64,000 bases of DNA from a virus. Location: positions 1-64,000 of IMG/VR virus record IMGVR_UViG_3300032323_001800; one strand, given 5' to 3'. Positions within the stretch are counted from its first letter, which is position 1; each line of letters begins with the position of its first letter. Under the pieces are notes generated by a model. The model worked only from the letters and a program-made list of their open reading frames with translations. It was not told the origin of the DNA and did no database searches. This document shows, piece by piece, positions 9,503 through 19,655 of this stretch. The position numbers were made by a program, and so were the translations under genes.

Positions 9503-10900
9503 ATGGCATTAAAGATAAGAAAAGGTACCGATGCAGAAAGATTAACTATCACACCTGCCTCGGGCGAATTAATTTATACCACTGATACAAAACAGATTTT
9601 TGTAGGTGACGGAACCACAGCAGGCGGGGTATTTGTTGGACCAGCTAGCTCAGAGGCGCTGACTCTGGGGGGAAACTTAACTCTTAATGGCCATGATATC
9701 ATTGGCACCGGTAATATCAACATCACTGGTACAGTAACCGCTACTGGAAATATCAACCTTGGTAATGATGACACAGACAACGTTGTATTTGGCGGTGAAG
9801 TAAATTCAAATATTATACCAAACACCACAGACACTTATAATCTTGGTTCTTCAACTAAAAAGTGGAACGGAGCATGGATTAATAATCTAACTGCTACTAC
9901 AATTAATGCGACAGAATTATCTGGGCATCTAGACGGCTCCGTCGAAGGATCAGTATATGCCGACGATAGTACGATGTTAGTTGATGGTACTGATGGAGTA
10001 TTAAGGGGTACACATATTGGCAGTTTAACTGGTGACGTAACCGGTAATGTGATTGCCACAGACTCAACTACACTAGTAAATGCCTCAACTAAAACATTTA
10101 CAGGAAATTTAACTGGTAATGTATCTGGTGATTTATCAGGTGCGGTTGAAGGTACGTTTTCTGGACAGTTATTAAACGGTTCTGGACAAATATTTTTAGA
10201 CACCACCAGCGGCGATGTTCCTACTTTACCTGCTAACATTGTTGGAGAGTTGAGAGGCGACGTGATTGCTGATAACTCAACATTGTTAGTAAGTGGTGAA
10301 ACTGGTTCTATTAATTTAAATGGAACCATAAAAGATAACGTAGTTCCATTTACCAACGCCAACATAAATTTAGGATCGGGTGTTTATAAATTTAACAATG
10401 CCTATGTTAATGGGTCGGTGTTACTCGGATCGGCAAGCACACAGGCAATTTCTGCGTCTGGTTCAAACATTACATTAAAAGGTTCTATACAGACAAATTC
10501 ATCGATCAGCGCAACATTAGACGGTGATATTATTGGGTCAAGTATTAGCTCATTCGTAGTAAATGATGCGTTAGGAATTAGAGCAGGAGCTACATTTAAG
10601 TTACCAGCCACCGCATTATTAACTGTCGATTCTATCAACTTAGGTACAAACACAGTAACAACCACAACTACATTTACAGCGTCCGAGGCATTAGACGGAA
10701 CTACTGTGATTTTTTATAATCCCGAAACTGCTGTTCCGTCATATAGATTTGAAATTCCATCAACTCCGTCGGGCACTCCTGGAGATAAAAAAGGCATGGT
10801 GTTTGCCACTGCCACACACATTTATGTCTGCTTTGCTGATTACACTAATGGTCTTAGCAGCATCTGGACTAGATCCGACGCCTCTACAACATGGGTTTAA
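9503..10900 (+). CDS. Tail fibre-like protein with Mtd-type N-terminus
   Basis: IRKGTDAERLTITPASGELIYTTDTKQIFVGDG resembles Mtd/hyaluronidase-type fibre N-termini; internal GxLTGDV and D-S-T-x-L-V repeats. Confidence 0.7.
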   Translation: MALKIRKGTDAERLTITPASGELIYTTDTKQIFVGDGTTAGGVFVGPASSEALTLGGNLTLNGHDIIGTGNINITGTVTATGNINLGNDDTDNVVFGGEVNSNIIPNTTDTYNLGSSTKKWNGAWINNLTATTINATELSGHLDGSVEGSVYADDSTMLVDGTDGVLRGTHIGSLTGDVTGNVIATDSTTLVNASTKTFTGNLTGNVSGDLSGAVEGTFSGQLLNGSGQIFLDTTSGDVPTLPANIVGELRGDVIADNSTLLVSGETGSINLNGTIKDNVVPFTNANINLGSGVYKFNNAYVNGSVLLGSASTQAISASGSNITLKGSIQTNSSISATLDGDIIGSSISSFVVNDALGIRAGATFKLPATALLTVDSINLGTNTVTTTTTFTASEALDGTTVIFYNPETAVPSYRFEIPSTPSGTPGDKKGMVFATATHIYVCFADYTNGLSSIWTRSDASTTWV

Positions 10901-10912
10901 TAGGAAATACCA

Positions 10913-13708
10913 ATGTCTATAAATTGGACAACGTTATCAGGTAGCCTTGGGACTATTCAAGAAAGAACAAGACAAGAAATAAATCTTGTAGCAACATCGA
11001 CGTCTGGAACTGTTACATACAGTCTCCAGGCAGGATCATTACCTGCCGGCTTACGATTAGAAAACGGAAAAATAAAAGGAACGGCGTTTGAAGTTAGAAA
11101 TACCAAAACTTCAAGATTTGTTATCCGTGCTCAAGACAACGAAGATAAAAAAGATAGAACATTTTCAATTACGGTAGAAGGTGCCGATGCTCCAATATGG
11201 ATCACTAGAGAAGGCATTTTACCAGTAGGTCCCAACTCAACATTTTTTGTGTTAGACAACGATAAGGTTGATTTTAGACTTGAAGCAATAGACCCAGATA
11301 TTCCTGCAGGTGACGAATTAGAATATTATATTCCATTTAACGGTGGCGAGCTTCCTCCAGGATTGTCATTATCCAGTGACGGAAGAATTAGCGGATTTAC
11401 CGATCCAATATTTGCTATCGAGTATGGAATTTTCAGCGGAAACTTTGACGAGCAACTTTTTGATTCTGCACCATACGACCTAGGCACACGACCAATCAAT
11501 GGTTACGACAGTTTTACATTCGATGAGCAGTCTTTTGACTATTTTGATATCAGTAATTTCCCTAGAAGACAATCACGGTATTACCAGTTTGTCGTAGCGA
11601 TCAGCGACGGGCTAAATGAAACTAGACGAAGCTTTCAAATATACATTGTCAATGAGGACTATTTAAAAGCAGATAATACAATCATGCAAGTGGGCACAGG
11701 TATTTTCCGTGCAGACAATACTAACATTCGAAACCCAATTTGGATCACAGAGGCTGACCTAGGATCTAAACGAGCTAATAACTACGTAACTTTATTCTTA
11801 GAAGTATATGATCCCCCAACACTGCCTGGAACTATTTCTTACAGATTAGAAACAGTAAATCCAGAAATGAATGGTGTTATCATTGATAGAGTTGTAGATC
11901 AAGATGAATACATCGATATTGAAATAACCCCTAATATTAAAGGCGAATATTCGATTCCACGAAGAACACAAAAGTTAGCCATTGCTGATCTGTTTAATTA
12001 TATCGACAGTACCTTGGGAACATATACTATTACATTAGTTGAAAATATAGGAACTAACAGATATAGATTACATATTGATCCCATGGCAACACAACGATTT
12101 AGTATTGGAACTGAAATTATTATTGGTGGCCCAAGTGAAGTGCCGCCAGGTTTGGAAATCGATACCATTGTTGGAGAGATGGTGGGAAGTATTCCTTACC
12201 AACCAAGAATTACCAAAGAATATAAATTTACAGTAACCGCTATAGCAAACAATCTTGATAATCAAGCAAGAGCATCTACCCCAAGAACATTTAGTATAAA
12301 AATTCTTGGAGAGATTGAAAGTGGTATTGCTTGGATTTCCGATGCTAAACTTGGATCAATTACACCTAACAAAAACAGCCAACTATTTATTGAAGCTATC
12401 TCAAAATTGCGAGGCGGTACAGTATTATTTGGTTTAGAATCCGGCACATTGCCTCCAGGGCTTAGATTACTTCCTTCCGGAGAAATTATTGGCAAGGTTA
12501 ATCAGTTTGGATCTAATTCAATCGCAGGCCTATCTAGATTTTATAACAAATATATAACCGTTGATAATGTAACAGGTACATTTGAAGAGGGAGATATAAT
12601 TACCGGAACTGATTCTAGTTCAACAATTATTATTAAAGTTGATTCTAATAAAATATATTATAAATCGTTGCCCGGTCAATCAGCCCCTACATTTGTTGTT
12701 GGTGACGAAATTACTGATAATGTAGTTGGACCAGAAATATTAAAGACAGCATCTATCGCAACTATTGGTAAAGATTATAGTTATACTTACGATGCCGGCA
12801 CTACTACCTTTGATAAGAAATACACATTTGTAATCCGAGCCAAAGACGTATTTAATTATGCAGAAAGTTCTAAAACATTCCAAATTGAAATTGCTTCTGA
12901 AGCCGACAGTATCTATGCTAATTTGTTTGTGAAAGCCTTCCAAAAGAAATCAAAGAGAAATACCTGGTATGGTTTTATTTCAGACGGTTCTGTTTTTGAT
13001 CCTGTTAAAATATATCGATACGGCGATCCTGCGTTTGGAGTACAAAATGAAATCAAAATGCTCTTGTACGCAGGCATTGAGAGTTTAGAAGCTGAAAAAT
13101 ATGTACAAGCTATGAGTCGAAATCATTATCGAAAAAGATTACGATTTGGTAAAGTTCGATCAGCTGTTGCTAAAGATCCGATCACACAACAGGTAATATA
13201 CGAAGTAGTGTATGTCGATATTATAGATAATTTACAAAAAAATGAAACTAGTATTTCAACTACCGTTAATTTACCAAATGTCATCAACAGTAAAGTACTA
13301 GTTAATAGTACTAGCATTACGATTGACAGCGATATTCCGTTTATCAGCGACAGTGATCATCAAAGAATATTTCCAAACAGCATTAAAAATATGAGAAAAA
13401 GGTTAAAAGATATAACCGTAGCTGAAGGTAATTCAAATATTCGATCAGCAGATCGAGATCGAACATATCTTCCGCTATGGATGAGAAGCATACAAGAAGC
13501 TAGCTTTGTAGAAACAGGATTTGTAAGTGCGTTACCCTTGTGTTATGTAAAACCAGGTTATGCTAATGATATTATTTTAAATATAAAAAACAGTGGTTTT
13601 GATTTTAAAATACTTGATTTTGAAGTCGATCGATATCTAATTGACGCTATAGACGGGGTTTTAGAGGATAAATACCTTGCATTTCCGCAACGTGGAGAAA
13701 AAGAATAA
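10913..13708 (+). CDS. Baseplate wedge-like protein with putative Ig (He_PIG-like) repeats
   Basis: Repeated GSLPAGLRL, GELPPGLSL, EVPPGLEI and GTLPPGLRL motifs; structural operon context. Confidence 0.65.
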   Translation: MSINWTTLSGSLGTIQERTRQEINLVATSTSGTVTYSLQAGSLPAGLRLENGKIKGTAFEVRNTKTSRFVIRAQDNEDKKDRTFSITVEGADAPIWITREGILPVGPNSTFFVLDNDKVDFRLEAIDPDIPAGDELEYYIPFNGGELPPGLSLSSDGRISGFTDPIFAIEYGIFSGNFDEQLFDSAPYDLGTRPINGYDSFTFDEQSFDYFDISNFPRRQSRYYQFVVAISDGLNETRRSFQIYIVNEDYLKADNTIMQVGTGIFRADNTNIRNPIWITEADLGSKRANNYVTLFLEVYDPPTLPGTISYRLETVNPEMNGVIIDRVVDQDEYIDIEITPNIKGEYSIPRRTQKLAIADLFNYIDSTLGTYTITLVENIGTNRYRLHIDPMATQRFSIGTEIIIGGPSEVPPGLEIDTIVGEMVGSIPYQPRITKEYKFTVTAIANNLDNQARASTPRTFSIKILGEIESGIAWISDAKLGSITPNKNSQLFIEAISKLRGGTVLFGLESGTLPPGLRLLPSGEIIGKVNQFGSNSIAGLSRFYNKYITVDNVTGTFEEGDIITGTDSSSTIIIKVDSNKIYYKSLPGQSAPTFVVGDEITDNVVGPEILKTASIATIGKDYSYTYDAGTTTFDKKYTFVIRAKDVFNYAESSKTFQIEIASEADSIYANLFVKAFQKKSKRNTWYGFISDGSVFDPVKIYRYGDPAFGVQNEIKMLLYAGIESLEAEKYVQAMSRNHYRKRLRFGKVRSAVAKDPITQQVIYEVVYVDIIDNLQKNETSISTTVNLPNVINSKVLVNSTSITIDSDIPFISDSDHQRIFPNSIKNMRKRLKDITVAEGNSNIRSADRDRTYLPLWMRSIQEASFVETGFVSALPLCYVKPGYANDIILNIKNSGFDFKILDFEVDRYLIDAIDGVLEDKYLAFPQRGEKE

Positions 13709-14325
13709 TGGCAAGTCAAATAAGTTTTAGTTCAATAGACGAAAATTACCCAATAGCGGGTCAAGATAATGACACGCAGGGGTTTAGAGATAATTTTAAT
13801 GTAATTAAACAGGCGCTACTAAAAGCATCTGAAGAAGTTACCATATTACAAAACAACACAGCAGGTCTAGAACTATCTGCGCTCGACGGTGATGTTCCAG
13901 GAACAAATTTTAACGGTACTCTTTTAACAGGTGCAGTGTTAAAATCAAATACAGAATCATTAATTAGTGGTGGTACTGTTACAGGGTCTGAAATAGAACT
14001 TAATCTAGGTAATGGAAACTATCAAGTATTCCGGATAGCATCTGGAAATGTAGAATTTAACATTACAGGGTTCCCTACACTCAATGAAAGTGCAAATAAA
14101 GTTATTTTAGAATTGACCGGCGACGATACTGCAAGAGAAGTAACGTTTGGATCAAATGATCCAGGAATTGTTAGCTTTAAAAGAAGTAACTTTCCAGCTG
14201 GTACTTTTACAGTAAATAGCTCAACGAACCCGGTATTGATTGAAATTTATACAAGAAAGAAAAATACTGAACCTGGATTATTAAGTAGAGTTATTTTTAT
14301 CAATTATATTGGTCAATTTGCATGA
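13708..14325 (+). CDS. Putative virion structural protein
   Basis: IDENYPIAGQDNDTQGFRDNF-type N-terminus; translationally coupled to the baseplate gene; TAAATA at 13669-13674. Confidence 0.55.
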   Translation: MASQISFSSIDENYPIAGQDNDTQGFRDNFNVIKQALLKASEEVTILQNNTAGLELSALDGDVPGTNFNGTLLTGAVLKSNTESLISGGTVTGSEIELNLGNGNYQVFRIASGNVEFNITGFPTLNESANKVILELTGDDTAREVTFGSNDPGIVSFKRSNFPAGTFTVNSSTNPVLIEIYTRKKNTEPGLLSRVIFINYIGQFA

Positions 14326-14570
14326 CGATGTTTCATCCTCTTGAAGGCGATCTTAGCCATTTAAAAGACACTGAGGTCGAATCCAAGCTTCAAGAATTAA
14401 CCAAAAAATATTTCCAGGCTCAGCGTCTTGGACATTATCAGCTCTTGACACAGCTCTCAACTTTTGTTAATATATACAGAGACGAGATGACAATGAGGTA
14501 TCATAAAGCCGCAAAAGCTTCCTCTAATCAACTCGATGGAGACCTGGATCAATTGATAAATGTGGATTAA
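14322..14570 (+). CDS. Hypothetical protein
   Basis: 82 aa, ATGA-coupled. Confidence 0.55.
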   Translation: MTMFHPLEGDLSHLKDTEVESKLQELTKKYFQAQRLGHYQLLTQLSTFVNIYRDEMTMRYHKAAKASSNQLDGDLDQLINVD

Positions 14571-15048
14571 CTCAGAAAAAGACCTTATAACTGGACTATT
14601 AAATCATGGTCCAAAAGTACTAGAAAATGCTGTTGTAAAAGATATCGGCGATAATATTGTCAATTATCTTGAACGAATTTCAGCAGAGCATCTAGAATAT
14701 CCTCAACCGATCACTATCGATCAAATTCCCACAACTAGAAACTGGTTTATTCCCAACGATTATTGCTCTAATCTTGTGGAAATTCTTTATAGTATGTGCG
14801 AAACTGATGAACAACGATCTCGAGTAAATCAAGAATTGGATCTGTTTATTAAAAATGGAATGCTTGACGTACTGTATGCGATGCAATATATAGTTGATAC
14901 ACTACGAGCCAAGGGTATTGTATGGGGAGTAGGTAGGGGTAGTTCAGTAGCAAGCTATGTACTCTATTTGATAGGGGTACATAAGATAGATAGTATTAAA
15001 TACAATCTACCAATAGAAGAATTCTTCAAAGGAGAAAATAATGGGTAA
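14560..15048 (+). CDS. Stand-alone fragment of DNA polymerase III alpha (DnaE palm region)
   Basis: RVNQELDLF...GIVWGVGRGSSVASYVLYLIGVHKID...YNLPIEEFF aligns with the DnaE GPGRGS...DLLFERFL segment. Confidence 0.8.
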   Translation: MWINSEKDLITGLLNHGPKVLENAVVKDIGDNIVNYLERISAEHLEYPQPITIDQIPTTRNWFIPNDYCSNLVEILYSMCETDEQRSRVNQELDLFIKNGMLDVLYAMQYIVDTLRAKGIVWGVGRGSSVASYVLYLIGVHKIDSIKYNLPIEEFFKGENNG

Positions 15049-15271
15049 AACGTATAAGACCATGCAAGGTAAAGAAATTGACATGGAAAAACTAGCACTT
15101 AGAAACGAATTAACTCCGGCTGTAGGAAATGCTAAAGTTAATGCCAGAGGTGATGAGTTAGGTGGTGGTGGTCAAGTTGTTCGTAAAAGAGAAGACATCC
15201 TAGCTGATTATTATAAAAATAATCCTAGATCAGTTAAAGACGAACCGCCTAGACAAAAGAAAGGACAGTAA
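15041..15271 (+). CDS. Hypothetical protein
   Basis: 76 aa with a strong GGAG SD. Confidence 0.6.
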   Translation: MGKTYKTMQGKEIDMEKLALRNELTPAVGNAKVNARGDELGGGGQVVRKREDILADYYKNNPRSVKDEPPRQKKGQ

Positions 15272-15273
15272 TA

Positions 15274-15660
15274 GTGAAAGTATCAGGAAATGTTAAACCG
15301 TTACATTCTAGAATAGCAGTAACGGATATGGAATTTGGTGAAAAAATTTCAAGTTCTGGGTTAATCATTCCTAGCACAAACGGAAAAAGTAGCGGAGTGC
15401 ATCCCCGATGGGGCAGGGTACATGTCAAAGGCAACGAAAACACTGACGATTATAAAGTCGGTGATTGGGTGTTAATTGAACACGGTCGTTGGACTAGGAC
15501 TATCAACGTGGATCAAGATGACGGGTCTGTGCTTAAAGTATGGATTGTTGATGAAACCGGAATCATTGGTTGGTCTGACGAAACTCCTGAAGAAATTTTG
15601 GTTGGAGATCTTTCGTCCGGTGTGGCTCCGCCTACTGACTTTACTCAAGGAAATAACTAA
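15274..15660 (+). CDS. groES: GroES-like co-chaperonin
   Basis: VKPLHSRIAV...SSGLIIP...GRV...KVGDWVL pattern of Cpn10. Confidence 0.75.
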   Translation: MKVSGNVKPLHSRIAVTDMEFGEKISSSGLIIPSTNGKSSGVHPRWGRVHVKGNENTDDYKVGDWVLIEHGRWTRTINVDQDDGSVLKVWIVDETGIIGWSDETPEEILVGDLSSGVAPPTDFTQGNN

Positions 15661-15661
15661 A

Positions 15662-16027
15662 ATGACAAATCCATTTCGTGATCAAGAAAAATTCATGCGG
15701 GCTTGCGACCAGAATGTTAGCAAGTTTGACGAAGACCAGTATAATATGTACTTAGGGTTAATTGAAGAAGAAATGACGGAATTGCAGGTGGCGATCGATT
15801 CATCTGATAAAGTAGAACAATTAGATGCGTTGATTGATATTTTAGTTGTTACTATCGGTGCGATCCATAGTGCAGGGTTCGATGCAGAAGGCGCATGGAA
15901 GGAAGTTATGATGACTAACTTTGCCAAGATTGACAAAGAAACAGGTAAGGTTCGTAAGCGTGAAGATGGTAAAGTACTGAAACCGCAAGGTTGGACTCCT
16001 CCTAATTTAAAGCCTTTCGTTGAATGA
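15662..16027 (+). CDS. MazG-like/PRA-PH-like NTP pyrophosphohydrolase
   Basis: LIEEEMTEL...EQLDALIDILVV...EVMMTNFAK...REDGKVLKP; start moved to the ATG at 15662 after the AGGA SD. Confidence 0.8.
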   Translation: MTNPFRDQEKFMRACDQNVSKFDEDQYNMYLGLIEEEMTELQVAIDSSDKVEQLDALIDILVVTIGAIHSAGFDAEGAWKEVMMTNFAKIDKETGKVRKREDGKVLKPQGWTPPNLKPFVE

Positions 16028-16782
16028 AAAAATTAATACTGATAGCAATATCAGTATTAATGATTAATAGTGCTCATGGAAAGACCGAGCCCTCCCATTT
16101 AGTACTAGATATTTCTAAAAAAGAAATTATATCTTTTAATAATTCCGATACCATACGGCCTATTGCTTCATTAACTAAACTAATGACAGCGTTAATAATC
16201 GTTGAATCCGAAATTTATATGGATCAAGAAGTTGATTATCGCGGCAGTATATGGAAAAACAAAAAAGTTAAACGATCGCATCTGCTCGAATCACTACTAA
16301 TCAAAAGTGATAATCTAGCAGCAGAATCTCTGGCTGAGTCATTTCCGGGAGGAAGGCAATCGTTTATTCAAGCTATGAATTCTAAAGCCAAATCATTAGG
16401 TATGAATCAAACCTCATTTGAAGATCCTAGTGGTTTGGGTAGAAATAATCTTAGTACTGCTAAAGACCTAACCATTCTAGTTACTGCTGCCTACGATCAT
16501 CCAGAAATTAGTGCAACGTCATCATCTAAATTTTTCAAAGTAGAAATAAAAAATAAAAGAAAAATCACCTATATGAATGTAGGTAATACCAATAATCAAC
16601 TCCTAAGTATTTTTGATAATATTAGTTTAAGTAAAACTGGTTATACTGACCCCGCAGGACGCTGTTTGGCATTAATAGTTGAGAAAAATAATAATAGGTA
16701 TGCTATAATAATATTAGGAGAACGAACTTCTGGTGATCGATTTTATCGTGCTAGGAATTTAATTAATATAGTGGCACAATAA
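16024..16782 (+). CDS. Peptidase S11 (D-Ala-D-Ala carboxy/endopeptidase, PBP7/DacC-like)
   Basis: Signal peptide; SxxK (ASLTK), SxN (SDN) and KTG motifs; FEDPSGL. Confidence 0.85.
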   Translation: MKKLILIAISVLMINSAHGKTEPSHLVLDISKKEIISFNNSDTIRPIASLTKLMTALIIVESEIYMDQEVDYRGSIWKNKKVKRSHLLESLLIKSDNLAAESLAESFPGGRQSFIQAMNSKAKSLGMNQTSFEDPSGLGRNNLSTAKDLTILVTAAYDHPEISATSSSKFFKVEIKNKRKITYMNVGNTNNQLLSIFDNISLSKTGYTDPAGRCLALIVEKNNNRYAIIILGERTSGDRFYRARNLINIVAQ

Positions 16783-16856
16783 AATTGGATTTATATGTTC
16801 AACAACAGAATTACGGCAACGTGGTATTGCCGCTGAAATTAATAAAGGATTAAAAA

Positions 16857-17114
16857 ATGAATGATTATGAAAAAAATATAGAAATTATGAAAGACTTAAG
16901 ATCTAGATTAGATCATGTTATTAACAGAGACGAAGGCAATGATACAACCACAGATTATAGGCACCCAGACCCAATCAAACACAAATATATTAGTTTTGCT
17001 AAAAGCGGAATTCGAATCGTAGCGGGCGGCTTTTTGATTAGCGGTAATTTGCTAATGGCGGGCGTTTGTCTTATAATGGCAGAAGTACTTGGCATTGTAG
17101 AGGAGTTGGTGTGA
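16857..17114 (+). CDS. Hypothetical membrane protein
   Basis: Hydrophobic C-terminus. Confidence 0.55.
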   Translation: MNDYEKNIEIMKDLRSRLDHVINRDEGNDTTTDYRHPDPIKHKYISFAKSGIRIVAGGFLISGNLLMAGVCLIMAEVLGIVEELV

Positions 17115-17302
17115 GGAATCTCGCTCTAGTAGATGCTGTTATAGCATTACACGAAATTGCTCGCACAGTGGCTGAAGAAGTAGGTGTGGGCCAATTACAT
17201 GACGATATTCGAAACTGTGCTGATCGGTTACATGAATTCTCGCTATCTGACAGTAAAAATAGTATAATAACACAAGACATCATTACAAAGGCAAAAGAAT
17301 GA
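17111..17302 (+). CDS. Hypothetical protein
   Basis: GTG start overlapping the upstream stop, with an AGGAG SD. Confidence 0.5.
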   Translation: MRNLALVDAVIALHEIARTVAEEVGVGQLHDDIRNCADRLHEFSLSDSKNSIITQDIITKAKE

Positions 17303-18222
17303 AAGAATTATGGGTAGAAAAATATCGTCCTAACAAACTAGAAGGTTATGTTTGGCGGGATGATAATCAAAGAAAACAAGTAGAAGCTTGGGTTAAAGAT
17401 AAAAGTATTCCGCATCTGTTGCTTAGTGGTAGCCCGGGCATCGGCAAAACTACTATGGCAAAAATGTTGATACATGAGATCGGTATCGAAGATTATGATG
17501 TGTTAGAGATTAACGCATCAAGACAGCGAGGCATTGATGAAGTTAGAGATCGTATTACTAACTTTATTAGTATGATCCCATTTGGTCCGTTTAAGGTTGT
17601 ACTGCTCGACGAGGCAGATATGCTTACTCCAGTAGCACAAGCGGCCATGCGTGGTGTTATGGAAGAATACTCAAACACAAGTCGATTTATTCTAACGTGT
17701 AATCACCCTAATCAAATCATTCCGGCTATTCATAGTCGTTGCCAACAGTTTCACTTTGAAAAAATTGATAAAACAGAATTCACTGCTCGTGTTGCTACAA
17801 TTCTTGTAGAAGAAAATGTAGAATTTGATTTAGATCTACTTGATCTATTTGTATCGTCAGCTTATCCAGATTTAAGAAAATGTATTAATCTAGTGCAACA
17901 AAATGTCACAGATGGAAAACTGATTTCTATTAACAAGAGCGATGCTGGAACTTCCGATTGGAAGTTTGATATGGTTGAACTGTTCAAGGCAGGAAAAATC
18001 ACAGAAGCTAGAAAAATGTTGTGTTCAAAGTTACGTGCAGAAGAAATGGTAGAAGTTTATCGTTGGCTGTATGATAACGTTAGTTTGTTTGGTGACACAC
18101 AGATGCAGGAGTCTGTTACACTTGCGATCAAACAAGGGTTAGCTGACAATACATTAGTTGTTGATCCGGAAATTAATCTTTCAGCTACTTTAATTAAGAT
18201 TGCTAGACTAGTAGAAAAATGA
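17299..18222 (+). CDS. Clamp loader subunit (RFC small/T4 gp44-like)
   Basis: WVEKYRP, Walker [16 protein letters not shown], Walker B LLDEAD and the SRC motif. Confidence 0.92.
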   Translation: MKELWVEKYRPNKLEGYVWRDDNQRKQVEAWVKDKSIPHLLLSGSPGIGKTTMAKMLIHEIGIEDYDVLEINASRQRGIDEVRDRITNFISMIPFGPFKVVLLDEADMLTPVAQAAMRGVMEEYSNTSRFILTCNHPNQIIPAIHSRCQQFHFEKIDKTEFTARVATILVEENVEFDLDLLDLFVSSAYPDLRKCINLVQQNVTDGKLISINKSDAGTSDWKFDMVELFKAGKITEARKMLCSKLRAEEMVEVYRWLYDNVSLFGDTQMQESVTLAIKQGLADNTLVVDPEINLSATLIKIARLVEK

Positions 18223-18542
18223 CATATCTAGTTACCGAGAATTGTATTAAATGCAAACACACAGACTGCGTCACAGTATGTCCCGTAGATTGTTTCTACG
18301 AAGGTCCTAACTTTCTAGCAATCAATCCCAGCGAATGTATTGATTGCGGAGTATGTGTGCCAGAATGTCCAGTTGATGCCATTGTAGCAGACAATAATAA
18401 AGATATAGATGTTGTTTTTTGGACTGACCTAAATCGAAGACTTGCTAATTCTTGGCCTGTTATTACCAAGAAGAAAGACCCGTTACCTGATCACGAAATG
18501 TGGAACGGCAAAGCAGACAAATTAAAATTATTAGAGGAATAA
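18219..18542 (+). CDS. fdxA: FdxA-type 7Fe/8Fe ferredoxin
   Basis: [21 protein letters not shown]...[12 protein letters not shown] matches proteobacterial ferredoxin I. Confidence 0.9.
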   Translation: MTYLVTENCIKCKHTDCVTVCPVDCFYEGPNFLAINPSECIDCGVCVPECPVDAIVADNNKDIDVVFWTDLNRRLANSWPVITKKKDPLPDHEMWNGKADKLKLLEE

Positions 18543-18785
18543 ATGGACGGAAGATATATGATCATCACTTATCTCCAGAAGCCGGACGGCAAGTGGGATG
18601 AGATTACTGAATTTAAAAAACACTACCGTACAAAGCACATACAAAGTGCCAAAGTAATTTTAGACCTCCAAGATAAAGCAGTGGTCAAAAATGGGTTGAA
18701 CCCCAGCGCATCTTTTGAGGATATGCTGGAGTTTTACAAGCGTGTATTAGGTTCTAAGTTAGATCCTTACCTCCCCTCTGAATGA
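18543..18785 (+). CDS. Hypothetical protein
   Basis: 80 aa with a GAGG SD. Confidence 0.55.
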   Translation: MDGRYMIITYLQKPDGKWDEITEFKKHYRTKHIQSAKVILDLQDKAVVKNGLNPSASFEDMLEFYKRVLGSKLDPYLPSE

Positions 18786-19510
18786 TCTTTATAAATCGCT
18801 AGCACTTCCCGTACAGCAGGGTGTCTTTCGACATCCTCGGTAGTAAAGTGACACACATCTACATGTCTGTTTCCTTTAAAATCATTAAACAATCCCAAAA
18901 ATTCTAATAACCCGTTGTTACTTGGGCGGTCAGCCTGTTGTAGGTCTCCGGTTACTACCATTCTTGAGCCATCTCCTATACGTGTTAGCAGCATCTTCAT
19001 TTGGCTCGGAGTTGCGTTCTGCATCTCGTCTGCAATAATAAAGCTGTTTTTAAATGTTCTTCCTCTCATATATGCTAGCGGACTAATCTCTATCACCCCC
19101 TCTTTGATCATATCCTCAATTTCTTTAGCATAATAGTATTCCTCGAATACATCGAAAATCGGTCTAGTCCATGGCTCCATCTTCTGCTGAAGTGTGCCTG
19201 GCAAGAATCCGTGCTGTTCATCTACGCTTACAGCGGGACGAGTAACCACAATCTTATCAACTTCTCCGTCTTGGAACATCTTCACAGCCCATTGGCAAGC
19301 TAACATAGTTTTACCCGTGCCTGCTGGCCCGATAGCAAATACTATATTTTTTTGCTCTTCTTGGAGTTTGAGAAGATAATTCTCTTGATTGAGGTTCTTA
19401 GGATATACTAGAACTCGCGTTTTCTTTTTTGGAAGGAATTTATTTAGTTGAACTACGTTATCATATGGCTTTTCTGCCAGATTTTTTGCTGCTTTTCGTT
19501 GTTTCCTCAA
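18767..19510 (-). CDS. phoH: PhoH-like ATPase
   Basis: GPAGTGKT, RPAV, LAYMRGRTF, DEMQN and GDLQQAD motifs; start placed at the TTG at 19510 downstream of AGGAGG. Confidence 0.92.
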   Translation of the reverse strand: MRKQRKAAKNLAEKPYDNVVQLNKFLPKKKTRVLVYPKNLNQENYLLKLQEEQKNIVFAIGPAGTGKTMLACQWAVKMFQDGEVDKIVVTRPAVSVDEQHGFLPGTLQQKMEPWTRPIFDVFEEYYYAKEIEDMIKEGVIEISPLAYMRGRTFKNSFIIADEMQNATPSQMKMLLTRIGDGSRMVVTGDLQQADRPSNNGLLEFLGLFNDFKGNRHVDVCHFTTEDVERHPAVREVLAIYKDHSEGR

Positions 19511-19578
19511 AGGATAGCCTCCTGTTTTAAGTGTTAGGCACGGACCTTTAACCGTAGTGCCCGTACCGGACACAAACT

Positions 19579-19584
19579 TATTTA
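19579..19584 (-). promoter_or_regulatory. TAAATA promoter core for phoH, divergent from TAAATA at 19632-19637
   Basis: The intergenic divergent region carries TAAATA on each strand. Confidence 0.45.
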
Positions 19585-19655
19585 ACTATCTAAATCCAAA
19601 ATAATAACTTACTATATCGGTTTCAACGAAATAAATAAGTATAGGGAAATAAAAC

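Noticed and set aside
9503-10900. Diversity-generating retroelement target (Mtd-like fibre)
   Set aside because: Only the N-terminal Mtd-like motif is present; no reverse transcriptase or TR/VR repeat pair was seen in the window.
724-13317. Many antisense or alternate-frame ORFs over the structural genes (e.g. 8713..9303, 9835..10365)
   Set aside because: Shadows of codon-biased sense genes; no SD, motifs or coding context.
14560-15048. Frameshifted dnaE pseudogene
   Set aside because: The downstream sequence is a separate coupled ORF with its own SD and shows no DnaE continuation that I could recognise.
16783-16856. Hairpin CGGCAA-N7-TTGCCG after the S11 peptidase
   Set aside because: Only 6 bp with no U-tract; not enough to call a terminator.
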